A stretch of 64,000 bases of DNA from Gemmatimonadota bacterium (GTDB lineage: Bacteria; Gemmatimonadota; Gemmatimonadetes; Palauibacterales; KS3-K002). Below are positions 42,370-51,237 of this stretch, piece by piece. Both the position numbers and the translations under genes were made by a program. The notes beneath the pieces were generated by a model. It saw only the letters and a program-made list of their open reading frames with translations, did not search any database and was not told where the DNA came from. Numbering within the stretch: position 1 is the stretch's first letter; each line of letters begins with the position of its first letter. The stretch is from assembly GCA_039589995.1 (NCBI GenBank), contig JBDHGH010000002.1, positions 1,014 through 65,013 on the forward strand, given 5' to 3'.

Positions 42370-42677
42370 CGCACGACACGAACGAGAATAGGACGATGGC
42401 TGGAGATATGTTGAAAATCCGTGTGACCGTCCCCGACCTGTGGCGCGAGAGCAAGATGGAGTTCGCGCCGGGCACGAGCGTTGGAGCGATCAAGGAACAG
42501 GCGCTGCCCCAGCTGTTGGCGACGAGCGAGGTCGACCCGTCGTCGTATTACGTGGAGTACTTCGAAAAAGAAGTGCTGGACGAATCACGCACCCTTGCAG
42601 ACCTCGAGGTGCCCGAGAACGGTGTGATCTCGCTGCGTCCCTACGACATCGGTCACCCACCACCGTTCAAGGGCTAG
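42366..42677 (+). CDS. small protein with ubiquitin-like (beta-grasp) sequence pattern
   Basis: LKIRVTVPD...KMEFAPGTSVGAIKEQAL...YVEYFEKEVLDESRTLADLEVPENGVISLRP parallels by eye the ubiquitin pattern ...[26 protein letters not shown]. It ends PPPFKG, with no GG. Confidence 0.5.
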   Translation: MTHDTNENRTMAGDMLKIRVTVPDLWRESKMEFAPGTSVGAIKEQALPQLLATSEVDPSSYYVEYFEKEVLDESRTLADLEVPENGVISLRPYDIGHPPPFKG

Positions 42678-42693
42678 AAGCCACGCAGTCGAC

Positions 42694-43416
42694 TTAGGCA
42701 CGTCGCCCCTGCACCCAAGAGGCGGCGCGGTACGGTAGTAGCTTCATCACCCACCCCATCAACCGCCAACGCTTTGTGACGTACACATGTCGTTTCCGTT
42801 TGCGTATCGCATCGTAGATCTGCTGTGCGGCTTTTTCCGCCGGAGCGACCCAAAACATGTTCGAGCGGCCCTCGGTCATCGGGGTGTCAACAAATCCTGG
42901 CTTCACATCCGTCACCCGCACGTCTACGCCCAAACGGTCCGCTTGGAACTGCAGGCCCTCCAGGTATGTCGAGTCGAAGGCTTTCGTGCTGCTGTAGGCC
43001 GTCGCCACGCCACGCAGGGCCGAGATCGATGAGATCCCCACGATGTGCCCGCTGCCGCGCTCCGCGAAGTATTCCAGGGCCAACCTCGCCATGGCCGCGA
43101 AACCCGTGACGTTCACCGCAAGCATCTGGACCTCTTCGTCCCAAGTGGGCTCGTGACCTCCAACCCCTGAGTTGATGACGATCAGATCCACGCCACCCAT
43201 CTCGTCGATCAGCTCCCGCAGTCCACTCCGGGATTCCTCTACCTGCGCGAGATCCATCGCCTTCACGTGCGTTCCAGTCGGAATTTCGCGACGCAGCTCT
43301 TCCATCAACTCGACCTTGCGGCCGGTGAGTCCCACCTCGTACCCGTTCTCCCCGAGCACCTTGGACAATGCTCGCCCAATCCCCGTGCTCGAACCAATTA
43401 CGATTGCCTTTTTCAT
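42694..43416 (-). CDS. SDR family oxidoreductase
   Basis: MKKAIVIGSSTGIGRAL (TGxxxGxG), INSGVG (NNAG-like), and the YSSTK catalytic YxxxK. Confidence 0.9.
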   Translation of the reverse strand: MKKAIVIGSSTGIGRALSKVLGENGYEVGLTGRKVELMEELRREIPTGTHVKAMDLAQVEESRSGLRELIDEMGGVDLIVINSGVGGHEPTWDEEVQMLAVNVTGFAAMARLALEYFAERGSGHIVGISSISALRGVATAYSSTKAFDSTYLEGLQFQADRLGVDVRVTDVKPGFVDTPMTEGRSNMFWVAPAEKAAQQIYDAIRKRKRHVYVTKRWRLMGWVMKLLPYRAASWVQGRRA

Positions 43417-43550
43417 ACGGCGATCTTAGAGGGTCGCGAACTACCCAGTCAACTCCGCCGCACTTCGCACGTGTCCCGACTTCGATTGAACTGCAGACTC
43501 TGAAACGTTCTAATGTTCAATTGCTCGCAATTCCCATTACATTACCTGCC

Positions 43551-44990
43551 ATGAACACATTCCAAGACTTGAAGCTGGACACCGGCTTGATCCAGTTCCT
43601 GAGCCAGCACGGCTACGTCCGCCCAACGGCCCTTCAGCGCGAGGCCGTCCCCGTAATCGCCCGTGGAACCACAGCCGTCGGTATGGCATCCTCCGGGAGC
43701 GGCAAAACCCTGGCCTATGGCCTGGGCCTCGCGTCGCGCCTGGAAACGGCGACTCCTGGTCTCCAGGCGTTCATCCTTCGCCCCACCGACGACCGGGCTG
43801 CCGCCACGGCCGACGCCCTTCTGGGCCCGATGAAGGCCCGGGGTCTAACCGTTGCCCTGGCCCAATCGCGCCCTGCGACGACCGCTAACCTGGTGGTCGC
43901 CAGCCCAAGCAGCGCCATGGCGGCCCTCGAGCATTCGGCGATCAAGCTGGATACGCTGAAAGCCCTGGTCGTGGACGGTGCGTCCCTCATGGCTGACCTG
44001 GGTACATCAGAATTACTGGAGACCCTCGTCGCACAAACGCCCAAGGACGCACAACGCGTATTCCTGACCTCCCAGATGACTCAGGAGATCGAGGACTGGT
44101 TCGAGCGGCACGCCCGACGCGCTCGCCAGCTGACGTGGATCCCAGCTGAAGCGCAGCGACTGGACAACGTGACGGTGGAATACTGGACGGCGCCCAAAGA
44201 GCTTTGGCTGCCCGTCTTGACTCGCCTCCTGGAATCTCTGACGCAGAAAAGCGGCAGCCGCGTCACGGTGCGCTGTCGACTGGAACGTCAGGCTGCAACT
44301 TTGGCGGATCAGCTGATCGTCCGCGGCCTCGACGCTGGCGACGATCAAGCCTGCATCCAGATAACCGCTGGTCACGAGACCGAGAACGGAGAGGGGGCGT
44401 CATCTGTATCCTGGGGCAGCCCGCCGGATCTGGACGGCTTCCGAACGCTCGCCGAGAAGGCGAGCCGCTGCGTTGTATTCTTGTCACCGAGCGAGCTAGG
44501 CCATCTTCAGCAGTTGGCCGCCTCGCTCCAAGTGCGACTCAAGACCCTGAAGACGACACCTGAGGGGGATGCTCTCCGCTCGGTGCAGGGGACGCGAGAG
44601 CAGCTGAGCGAGGCCGCCGCCGGTCGCGACCTCGAGCCCTACATGCTGCTGCTGGAACCACTCTTCGATGAGTACACGCCGGTCCAACTGGCCGCGGCCG
44701 CCACCGCGCTGTTCAGAGAGAGTTCGCCGGTGCAAACAGACCAGCCACTACCGGCCTGGACGCGCCTCTACTTCGGTGTGGGACGCCGCGACGGGATTCG
44801 GCCTTCGGACCTCGTCGGCGCCATAACCGGCGAAGCACCGATCGGCGGCGACCGCATCGGCCGTATAGAAATCAGAGACACTTTTACATCTGTGGAGGTC
44901 GCCGCCTCGGTCGCCGATAAAGTGATCAAGAGTCTGGCGACTGCGACGATAAGGGGGCGGCCCGCCAACGTGCGGGTCTTTAGAGAGTAG
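43551..44990 (+). CDS. DEAD-box-helicase-like protein with DbpA-type C-terminal RNA-binding domain; catalytic motifs degenerate
   Basis: ATG at 43551 (MNTFQDLKL). Q-motif region and motif I SSGSGKT are present. DEAD is replaced by VVDGAS, SAT by TSQ, and no HRxGRxGR is seen. The C-terminal RLYFGVGRRDGIRPSDLVGAI...IGRIEI...VEV... is DbpA-like. Confidence 0.75.
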   Translation: MNTFQDLKLDTGLIQFLSQHGYVRPTALQREAVPVIARGTTAVGMASSGSGKTLAYGLGLASRLETATPGLQAFILRPTDDRAAATADALLGPMKARGLTVALAQSRPATTANLVVASPSSAMAALEHSAIKLDTLKALVVDGASLMADLGTSELLETLVAQTPKDAQRVFLTSQMTQEIEDWFERHARRARQLTWIPAEAQRLDNVTVEYWTAPKELWLPVLTRLLESLTQKSGSRVTVRCRLERQAATLADQLIVRGLDAGDDQACIQITAGHETENGEGASSVSWGSPPDLDGFRTLAEKASRCVVFLSPSELGHLQQLAASLQVRLKTLKTTPEGDALRSVQGTREQLSEAAAGRDLEPYMLLLEPLFDEYTPVQLAAAATALFRESSPVQTDQPLPAWTRLYFGVGRRDGIRPSDLVGAITGEAPIGGDRIGRIEIRDTFTSVEVAASVADKVIKSLATATIRGRPANVRVFRE

Positions 44991-44995
44991 GATCA

Positions 44996-45030
44996 GGGGG
45001 GTGGAAGCCCGGTCGGGCCTCCCTCCCCCC
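44996..45030. terminator. GC-rich hairpin between convergent helicase-like and HU genes
   Basis: GGGGGGTGGAAGCCC-GGTC-GGGCCTCCCTCCCCC folds by eye into about 13 pairs with 2 mismatches. It fills most of the 50-nt spacer. There is no U-tract. Confidence 0.4.
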
Positions 45031-45040
45031 AAGTCCAAGT

Positions 45041-45328
45041 TTACGGCTTCACGCCGTCCTTCAATCCCTTTCCAGCGCGGAACGCCGGCGAGACCGACGC
45101 CGGAATCTGAATCCGGTCGCCAGTTCGGGGGTTACGGCCCATGCGCGCACCCCGCTGCCGGGTCTCAAACGTCCCGAACCCGGTGATCTGGACCTTGCTG
45201 CCGCCCTTGAGCGCGCCAGCGATGATGCCCTTGTTCACGTCGAACAGGGCGTCCACGGCTCGGCCCGCATCCGCCTTGCTGAGGCTTGTCGCACCGGCAA
45301 GCTGGTCGATGAGGTCAGTCTTGTTCAC
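45041..45328 (-). CDS. hup: HU family DNA-binding protein
   Basis: MNKTDLIDQLA....SKADAGRAVDALF....GFGTFETRQRGARMGRNPRTGDRIQIPASVSPAFRAGK, the canonical HU sequence. Confidence 0.95.
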   Translation of the reverse strand: MNKTDLIDQLAGATSLSKADAGRAVDALFDVNKGIIAGALKGGSKVQITGFGTFETRQRGARMGRNPRTGDRIQIPASVSPAFRAGKGLKDGVKP

Positions 45329-45651
45329 CCAGGACTCCTTTCGGAAGGTGGTTGGAACCTATCTGGGAAAGGGCGAAGTCGGGTCTACTGTATAGTGGGT
45401 ACCATCGAATCGTCAAGGAGAAAAGCTAGGTAGGAAGCGGGTTCTGACGGTTTTCGGCTTTCCGCGGCCGCTCTTCTTGCCGGGCCGGCAGTTGTGCTCG
45501 CAGAACTCTAACCGGTTACTACATTGGATGTTACGACGTTTTAATGTGATCACGCTAGAAGTTCAGATGTAATATGCAATACCCCAACACCCCGAAAGGG
45601 CGCTATCTAGCTTACTTTGCCGATTTCCGGCGTTCAGCGGCGCTGGCCGGT

Positions 45652-46803
45652 CTACGGCACCCTCAGGGTTCCCGAGGCCGGGGCGAGCGTTGAGGTGCCC
45701 CCAAGCGGATTCGACAGAATGATCGCTTCGGCGAGCAGAGTGTAGTCGGCCGGCGTCGCGGCCGCGCTCAGGGTGATCCAGAGTGTCAGAATCGCGCTCT
45801 TGCCGGGCACCAGAACGTCGCCGTTCGAATCGAAAAGAACGGCCCTGACTCGCCCTGGACTCGTCTGGTTGAAGTCGATTCCATCGAACGCAGACGCCCG
45901 ATCCCTGACGGTCACCGAGTCCACCGAGGAGATCGTCGCCGAAGCGAAAACAAAGTCGAACTGAACTCCGGCGACCGAGTCGCCGTTGGATAGCCCGATA
46001 ATCACCGGGACGCCGGTGGCGCCGGCGCCTCCCTCGGAATCGCCCACGATAAGTCGGTCCGGATCGGCGGTTACGTTGAATGCAACCACGCCCGGAGAGG
46101 ATTCGTTGCCCACGCGATCGCTGATACTCGCCAACATCTGGTTTGGGCCCGCAGTAAAAGCGGCGCTATCGGGCACGGTCCAGCTGCCGCCGCTTTCTGT
46201 CACAGCATCAAACAGCGGTGTGAGGTCCGAACCGGCGGGGTAGAGGGTCGATGTCGTACCATCCTGCAGGAGCACGCCGCCAACAGGCTGACTGTTTGTG
46301 ATCTCGAAAGTCTCGGAATCGACCCCGCTGAAATACTCGAGGCCTGTCGTCTCCTCGGAAAAACCCAACTCGATCGTGAATCCCGACTGCCCGAGTGTCG
46401 AGCTACCACCCGCCGGCGACACAAAACCGGCGGTCGGGGCCTCGCTGTCCTGTTCTATATCGAGGGTATCGGCAGCCTGATTTCCGGCCTGGTCAACAGC
46501 CAGAACGGAAAACTCACTGATCGCATTCGCCAGCAAAGAGACCGTAAACGAGAACGCGCCATCCGTATCGGCGTCTTGCGACAACGTGTCCTGTGGCCCT
46601 TCCAGAGAGACGGTCGCGCCCGGATCCGTCGTCCCCGTGATGAGCGATGTCAATTCGTTCGTCGGGCTGGCCACCGAATCCACCGCCAACTCGATCGTCG
46701 TATCGCTGGGACCCGAGGAATCGGAACAGCCGGCCAAGGCCACTACCCCCAGGATCACCAATGAAGATCTTCTCACCACGAGCATCTCGTATGGCCTTTC
46801 CAC
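45652..46803 (-). CDS. surface lipoprotein with Ig-like domains and a C-terminal cohesin-like domain
   Basis: Lipobox VVALAGCSD. An Ig-like segment (GTTDPGATVSLEG...DTDGAFSFTVSL...VLAVDQAGN). The C-terminus GVPVIIGLSNGDSVAGVQFDFVF...RVRAVLFDSNGDVLVPGKSAILTLWITL resembles cohesin modules. Confidence 0.7.
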   Translation of the reverse strand: MERPYEMLVVRRSSLVILGVVALAGCSDSSGPSDTTIELAVDSVASPTNELTSLITGTTDPGATVSLEGPQDTLSQDADTDGAFSFTVSLLANAISEFSVLAVDQAGNQAADTLDIEQDSEAPTAGFVSPAGGSSTLGQSGFTIELGFSEETTGLEYFSGVDSETFEITNSQPVGGVLLQDGTTSTLYPAGSDLTPLFDAVTESGGSWTVPDSAAFTAGPNQMLASISDRVGNESSPGVVAFNVTADPDRLIVGDSEGGAGATGVPVIIGLSNGDSVAGVQFDFVFASATISSVDSVTVRDRASAFDGIDFNQTSPGRVRAVLFDSNGDVLVPGKSAILTLWITLSAAATPADYTLLAEAIILSNPLGGTSTLAPASGTLRVP

Positions 46804-46881
46804 TTCAATCCCATCGTGCCCAGACGGTCCCGACGACGTCGACGTCGCGTCCGCGTCCTCGCCCGCGCCCCGCGCCCGCGA

Positions 46882-47865
46882 CTAGAACATCGCACTGAGC
46901 GAAAGATGCGTCTCGTCACCCAGCTGATTCACCCCCAACTCCCTCGCCAAATCAAACCGAAACGCCCCCAAACCAACCCCCAACCCCACCGTCGTTCCCG
47001 TATTTGTCTCTATCAACGTTTCCGCGATGAAACCGCCACGCAGAAACAGAATCTCCCGGACCCCCAACTCCACCCCGAAATACTGGCTCCCCGTCTCAAG
47101 ATTCCGGATTGCGTGCTCGAGATCCAACGCCAACAACAACTGGATTCCCTTACCCGGCAACAGATGACTCAGAGCGTCGTAGGCGACTCCGAATCGGGCG
47201 CGCGCGGGCAACGGCTGAGCCTCGGCACCCGGCCGGTCGTCGAAACGGAGATCGGGGCCCAAATTCAGAGCACTCACACCCAGCTGAAGCGGAACGTTCG
47301 CCAGTGGCAGCCAATGCAACCCGGCATCGAAGCCGAAGGTGCTCCCCTTCAGCTGGCCCACCAGCTCGCTGCGGATCAGCTTCGCCGCCACGCCGAAAGA
47401 GAGCCTTTGGACGAGTCGGCGGCCGAAACCGAGGCTGACAACCAGGTTGTTCGGCGAGAGCTGGCCAATCGGTGTGTCGGGTGAATCCAGACCTGTCAAC
47501 GGAATGTCGCCGAAGCTTTGAACCTCGGCCGAGAGCGCCAGCACACCGAAATCAGAAATAGGCACCGCGGCTGCAAACTCGGTGACCACGAAATCGAGCG
47601 GCCCGTCATAGCTCGACACTAGCGGGTTAACAGCGTCGAGCGCGCCCAGAGAGGCTGGGTTCCACCGAACGTTCTGCAAGTCGCCGGCGATCGCCGTCGC
47701 CGCGCGTCCCATCCCCACGGGTCGAGCACCCGTCGGAATCAACAGGAACGCCGATTCGCGGTCGAAATCCTGCGCTTCCGCAACGTTCGACCCCGACATG
47801 GCGAGAGCCGCCAACGCGAACAGAATCCGCGGCTCGAGAAACAACGGGCGCTGTCGCCGAGTCAC
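46882..47865 (-). CDS. PorV/PorQ-family outer-membrane beta-barrel (T9SS-associated)
   Basis: Signal peptide, then FLLIPTGARPVGMGRAATAIAGDLQNVRWNPASLGAL and a C-terminal ...LSLSAMF beta-barrel terminus, typical of PorV/LptO-like proteins. Confidence 0.75.
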   Translation of the reverse strand: MTRRQRPLFLEPRILFALAALAMSGSNVAEAQDFDRESAFLLIPTGARPVGMGRAATAIAGDLQNVRWNPASLGALDAVNPLVSSYDGPLDFVVTEFAAAVPISDFGVLALSAEVQSFGDIPLTGLDSPDTPIGQLSPNNLVVSLGFGRRLVQRLSFGVAAKLIRSELVGQLKGSTFGFDAGLHWLPLANVPLQLGVSALNLGPDLRFDDRPGAEAQPLPARARFGVAYDALSHLLPGKGIQLLLALDLEHAIRNLETGSQYFGVELGVREILFLRGGFIAETLIETNTGTTVGLGVGLGAFRFDLARELGVNQLGDETHLSLSAMF

Positions 47866-47874
47866 GTTAGGTAC

Positions 47875-49269
47875 CTACCTTCCGGGTACGATCAGCTTCC
47901 GCGTCGCGCCAAACGACCCCGCCTGCAAGCGGAGCACGTACAGTCCCGTTCCGACTGACTCGCCTCGATCGTTCCGTCCGTCCCATTCGAGAGTGTGACT
48001 TCCGGGCATGAGATAGATGTCCATCAGGCGCCGTATCCTCTGACCCCGGACGTTGTACACGTCCGCGACAACCCTCACAGCGCCGCTCGCCTGACGACTA
48101 CTCCCCCCAGACAGTTCGGGCCCGAGTGCCTCCGGTATCTCGAGATCCAACTTCGTTCCCCTGCCCGTGACCAGGGGGTTGGGGTACGCGTTGCTCAGCC
48201 GGAACTCCAGCGGAAGCGTGGTGAGGTTGCTGCGGACCAACTTGGCCGGCACAACCGCGCCGCCTTTGAACGCGAACAGCACCTCTCGAAGTTCTAGCCC
48301 GAGGTCCTCATCTTGACGAAACGAACCGACGAGACGAACCGGTAGCTTCACAATCGCTCCGTCGCCGCCAGCCAGCGCCTGACCCGAAGCATCGTAGACC
48401 AGCAGCACCAACTCGTCCCCATCGTCCCGGTAGACGAGGTTGAAGCCCGTTGCCCGCGGCCCCAGCTCGGGCGTCCCCAGGCGGACACGCCCCGGATCGT
48501 AGGCGAGCCGCGCCTGCACACCTGCGACTCCAGACCCGACTTCGGCCTCGAGGAGAACGGTGCGCTCTTCGGGAGCCGAGCCGGAGCTTTCGAGGCCCAA
48601 CCTGGCCGCGCCGACGCGTTGGCCTGCCGCCGGCGTCAGCGAAGCGACGAGCGTGGACGAGCTGCCACCGAGAATCACATCGACCTGGCAAACGACGTCT
48701 CCGATGTCCAGCGCGTTATCTCTGTTGCAGTCTGATATCGCGGCGGTCACAGGATCTGGAGTCACTCGCTCCAGGATGATGTCGACGAGCGCCACGACAT
48801 CACCCACGTTCACGTCTCCGTCGTCGTTCACATCACCTTGGTCCCGGGCGATTATCTCGCCGAACCATGTGCCCCAAGTATTCGCCGGGGACGATGCGTA
48901 CTCGGAGTACATCCACGTCCGGGTCGGGTTGGCAGGGTCGATGGCCACTCCGCTGTAGTCACCCCACCGGTTCCGGCCGCTGTCGAAGTCCTTCACGTAG
49001 TTGGCTTCGCCGGCCTTCAGTGTAGCGCTGGGACGCAGTTCGCTGTCGCTGGGTCTGCGACCCGTGTAGCGGATGTCTATGTAGGAGTCCAGGCAAGACT
49101 GGTTGTAGACCATCGACATGTTGCCGTTGGCGTCAGCGGTGATGGCCGGATAGTAAAGCCAGGTCGATTCGCACGTAGCGCGCCCTGGCGTACTGCCCGG
49201 TTGCGTCTGCGACGCTGTGCGCCGTCCACACTGAGCCGTTCCGGTACACCAGGTTTCTGACCCTCGCAC
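47875..49269 (-). CDS. C-terminal fragment of a frameshift-split secreted protein: dockerin-like repeats, cohesin-like domain, T9SS/FlgD-Ig-type C-terminal sorting domain
   Basis: DVNDDGDVNVGDVVALVDIIL and DCNRDNALDIGDVVCQVDVIL are dockerin-type Ca-loop pairs. VAGVQARLAYDPGRV...LVLLVYDASGQALAGGDGAIVKLPV is cohesin-like. The tail is SNAYPNPL...VADVYNVRGQRIRRL...GSHTLEWDGRNDRGESVGTGLYVLRL. The first ~35 codons of this ORF look non-coding. Confidence 0.7.
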   Translation of the reverse strand: MRGSETWCTGTAQCGRRTASQTQPGSTPGRATCESTWLYYPAITADANGNMSMVYNQSCLDSYIDIRYTGRRPSDSELRPSATLKAGEANYVKDFDSGRNRWGDYSGVAIDPANPTRTWMYSEYASSPANTWGTWFGEIIARDQGDVNDDGDVNVGDVVALVDIILERVTPDPVTAAISDCNRDNALDIGDVVCQVDVILGGSSSTLVASLTPAAGQRVGAARLGLESSGSAPEERTVLLEAEVGSGVAGVQARLAYDPGRVRLGTPELGPRATGFNLVYRDDGDELVLLVYDASGQALAGGDGAIVKLPVRLVGSFRQDEDLGLELREVLFAFKGGAVVPAKLVRSNLTTLPLEFRLSNAYPNPLVTGRGTKLDLEIPEALGPELSGGSSRQASGAVRVVADVYNVRGQRIRRLMDIYLMPGSHTLEWDGRNDRGESVGTGLYVLRLQAGSFGATRKLIVPGR

Positions 49270-50404
49270 CGCCGACCTCGATGAGGATCGACGATCCGCC
49301 CAGCTGGTTCGCGTTCGGTGGCGATAACCGCGTCGTGACCGGTACGTTGGCCGCTGTCAGCGTGGGAGTCGGGCTCAACGGATTCGTCAACGACCACAGC
49401 GTCATGGTCGTGCCAGTGGTGAAACGCGAGTCGTTGATCAGGTACTCGACGCCCGGCGTCCCGAACGTGACCGCGGGTCTGACTGTGAGAACCGGGACGC
49501 CCGGGTTGTCGGGGTCGCGCAGATCCCAGAAGTCGGTGTAAGTAACGGCAGGACACGTTTGATCGTACAGGTCCGCCTTCGGAAGTATGCGCACTTTGAC
49601 GTGGACGGATCCGCTTTGATACGGAAACTGGTTTGGCACGACGTAGACAGCGTCCTCATCGAACCCAAGCCCCTGATAGTCCGACCAGAACCCCGTCGGC
49701 GTGGATCCATTCAGGTCGCCGCGCGTGGCGAAATTGCACCACGTGCCATTCGGGTCGGAGTCGTCCGACACTGAGACCAGGATGTGAGACGTCGGGTTGA
49801 GCGTGTCTCGATCCACCGCCAGCCAGACCATCACCCAGCGGTCGTCGAAATGATCGTAAATCACTTTCGGATCGAAGGCGTTGTTGCCCGGCGCGACGTT
49901 GTTGAACCACATCGGACCGTTGATCTGCTGAAGGTTCGAACCGTCCTTGGTGAAGATGGCGAAGAAGCGATTCACCAACGCCATCAGGTGATTGGGACCC
50001 GCTGCCAAGATGGGGTCCGGCGGAATGTTGGTCGTCTGAAGGATCCCCTCGAAACTCCTCAGAAGGCCCGGAGGTGCTGCCACGCGGGCCGGCCCGAAGA
50101 ATCGGCTCGGATCATCCTGCTCGTTGGAACCCACCGGCGCCAGCGGCGGCCGCAGCCCAAACGGATCCGGCAGCAGAGAGACCGCATGCTCTGCCGGAAA
50201 CTCGAATCTGTCCAGTCCTGCCGGCGGGAAGGGCGGGAAAGCAGGCGTCGACACCGACTGGCCGGGCGCCGTTGTGCCCTGCGCCGGTCCCTGGTACAGC
50301 TGGGCGACCAGAGGCGACGTCAGCCCAAGGGTGAGCGCCGAGACGACGAGGCCCACGATCAGCACCTGCGCTCTCTTCCCCATCTGAATCTCCAGGAGTG
50401 TCAT
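49133..50404 (-). CDS. N-terminal fragment of the same frameshift-split secreted protein
   Basis: Signal peptide (MGKRAQVLIVGLVVSALTLGLTSPLVAQ), then a beta-rich domain of unknown family. Protein-like sequence switches frame near 49155..49170 into ORF 47875..49269. Confidence 0.7.
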   Translation of the reverse strand: MTLLEIQMGKRAQVLIVGLVVSALTLGLTSPLVAQLYQGPAQGTTAPGQSVSTPAFPPFPPAGLDRFEFPAEHAVSLLPDPFGLRPPLAPVGSNEQDDPSRFFGPARVAAPPGLLRSFEGILQTTNIPPDPILAAGPNHLMALVNRFFAIFTKDGSNLQQINGPMWFNNVAPGNNAFDPKVIYDHFDDRWVMVWLAVDRDTLNPTSHILVSVSDDSDPNGTWCNFATRGDLNGSTPTGFWSDYQGLGFDEDAVYVVPNQFPYQSGSVHVKVRILPKADLYDQTCPAVTYTDFWDLRDPDNPGVPVLTVRPAVTFGTPGVEYLINDSRFTTGTTMTLWSLTNPLSPTPTLTAANVPVTTRLSPPNANQLGGSSILIEVGGARVRNLVYRNGSVWTAHSVADATGQYARARYVRIDLALLSGHHR

Positions 50405-50407
50405 TTC

Positions 50408-50920
50408 TCAACGGATGCCTGAATCGAAACGCAGCGTCACCTCGGTGTATCGACCCGCCTCGACATCGATCGTCATCTTCTCGGCCCGCGGCTCGTCAAC
50501 CAGCAACGGCTCGCCAGGATCGAGGACATAGCGGCCCGGCGGAAGCTCCACGCGGAACCGGCCATCCACCGCACTGGTGAATGTTGCGACCACCCGACCC
50601 GAATTCTCATCCAGCACGGCTATCTCGGCCTGGTACGGGCGATCGGGACATGGCACGCCCTCTTCCAGCACCGGACATTGCGGCCCGATAGTGACCCGGC
50701 CCTCTAAGCCCGAACGCTCTGCCATGGAGGGTTCTCCGCTCTCCGATTCCACCATCTCGCGCGGCTCGCCGCCACCGACCGCCAGCGTGTCTTCGGAAAC
50801 CGATGCCGCCGGCTGTTGTTCTGTGGATGGTCGGCGGTTGCGCTCTCCGCTGTCGCCGCAGCCTCCAGCGAAGATCGAAAAAGCAGTCAGAAGAACGTAG
50901 CCGAGTCGAGGTTCGGGCAT
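50408..50920 (-). CDS. hypothetical lipoprotein with carboxypeptidase-regulatory-like beta-sandwich
   Basis: The ATG at 50920 gives MPEPRLGYVLLTAFSIFAGGCGD (lipobox). The C-terminus GRVVATFTSAVDGRFRVELPPGRYVL resembles CarboxypepD_reg-type domains. Confidence 0.55.
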   Translation of the reverse strand: MPEPRLGYVLLTAFSIFAGGCGDSGERNRRPSTEQQPAASVSEDTLAVGGGEPREMVESESGEPSMAERSGLEGRVTIGPQCPVLEEGVPCPDRPYQAEIAVLDENSGRVVATFTSAVDGRFRVELPPGRYVLDPGEPLLVDEPRAEKMTIDVEAGRYTEVTLRFDSGIR

Positions 50921-51237
50921 TCGAATCACGCTGGGTGGAGGGGCCAAGTGAATGCCGAAATATAGGGCGACGGCGAGCGGAACGGCCACCGGAGCCTATC
51001 AATCTGCAGCTAAAGAACTTGACTCCGGGCAACCGGGACTGTTTATTGATTTCGATGTTTCCCCGGTTTCCGCCGTATCATCAAGTAGAAACAGACTGAT
51101 CCGGCTCTCTTTCCCGTTACCAACGTCGAGCTGCTGTAGCGCGGCACCGGCTTCTATATAGCATCACGTCTGCTAACCGGCAGACTCTACGACTGACCGT
51201 CATGCTCCAACACAAACGCCGATTTGAGGAGGCGGTT

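Noticed and set aside
49140-49175. Programmed ribosomal frameshifting at the split in the large secreted protein gene.
   Set aside because: There is no X_XXY_YYZ slippery heptamer or obvious downstream stimulatory structure. An indel, either an error or pseudogenisation, is the simpler explanation.
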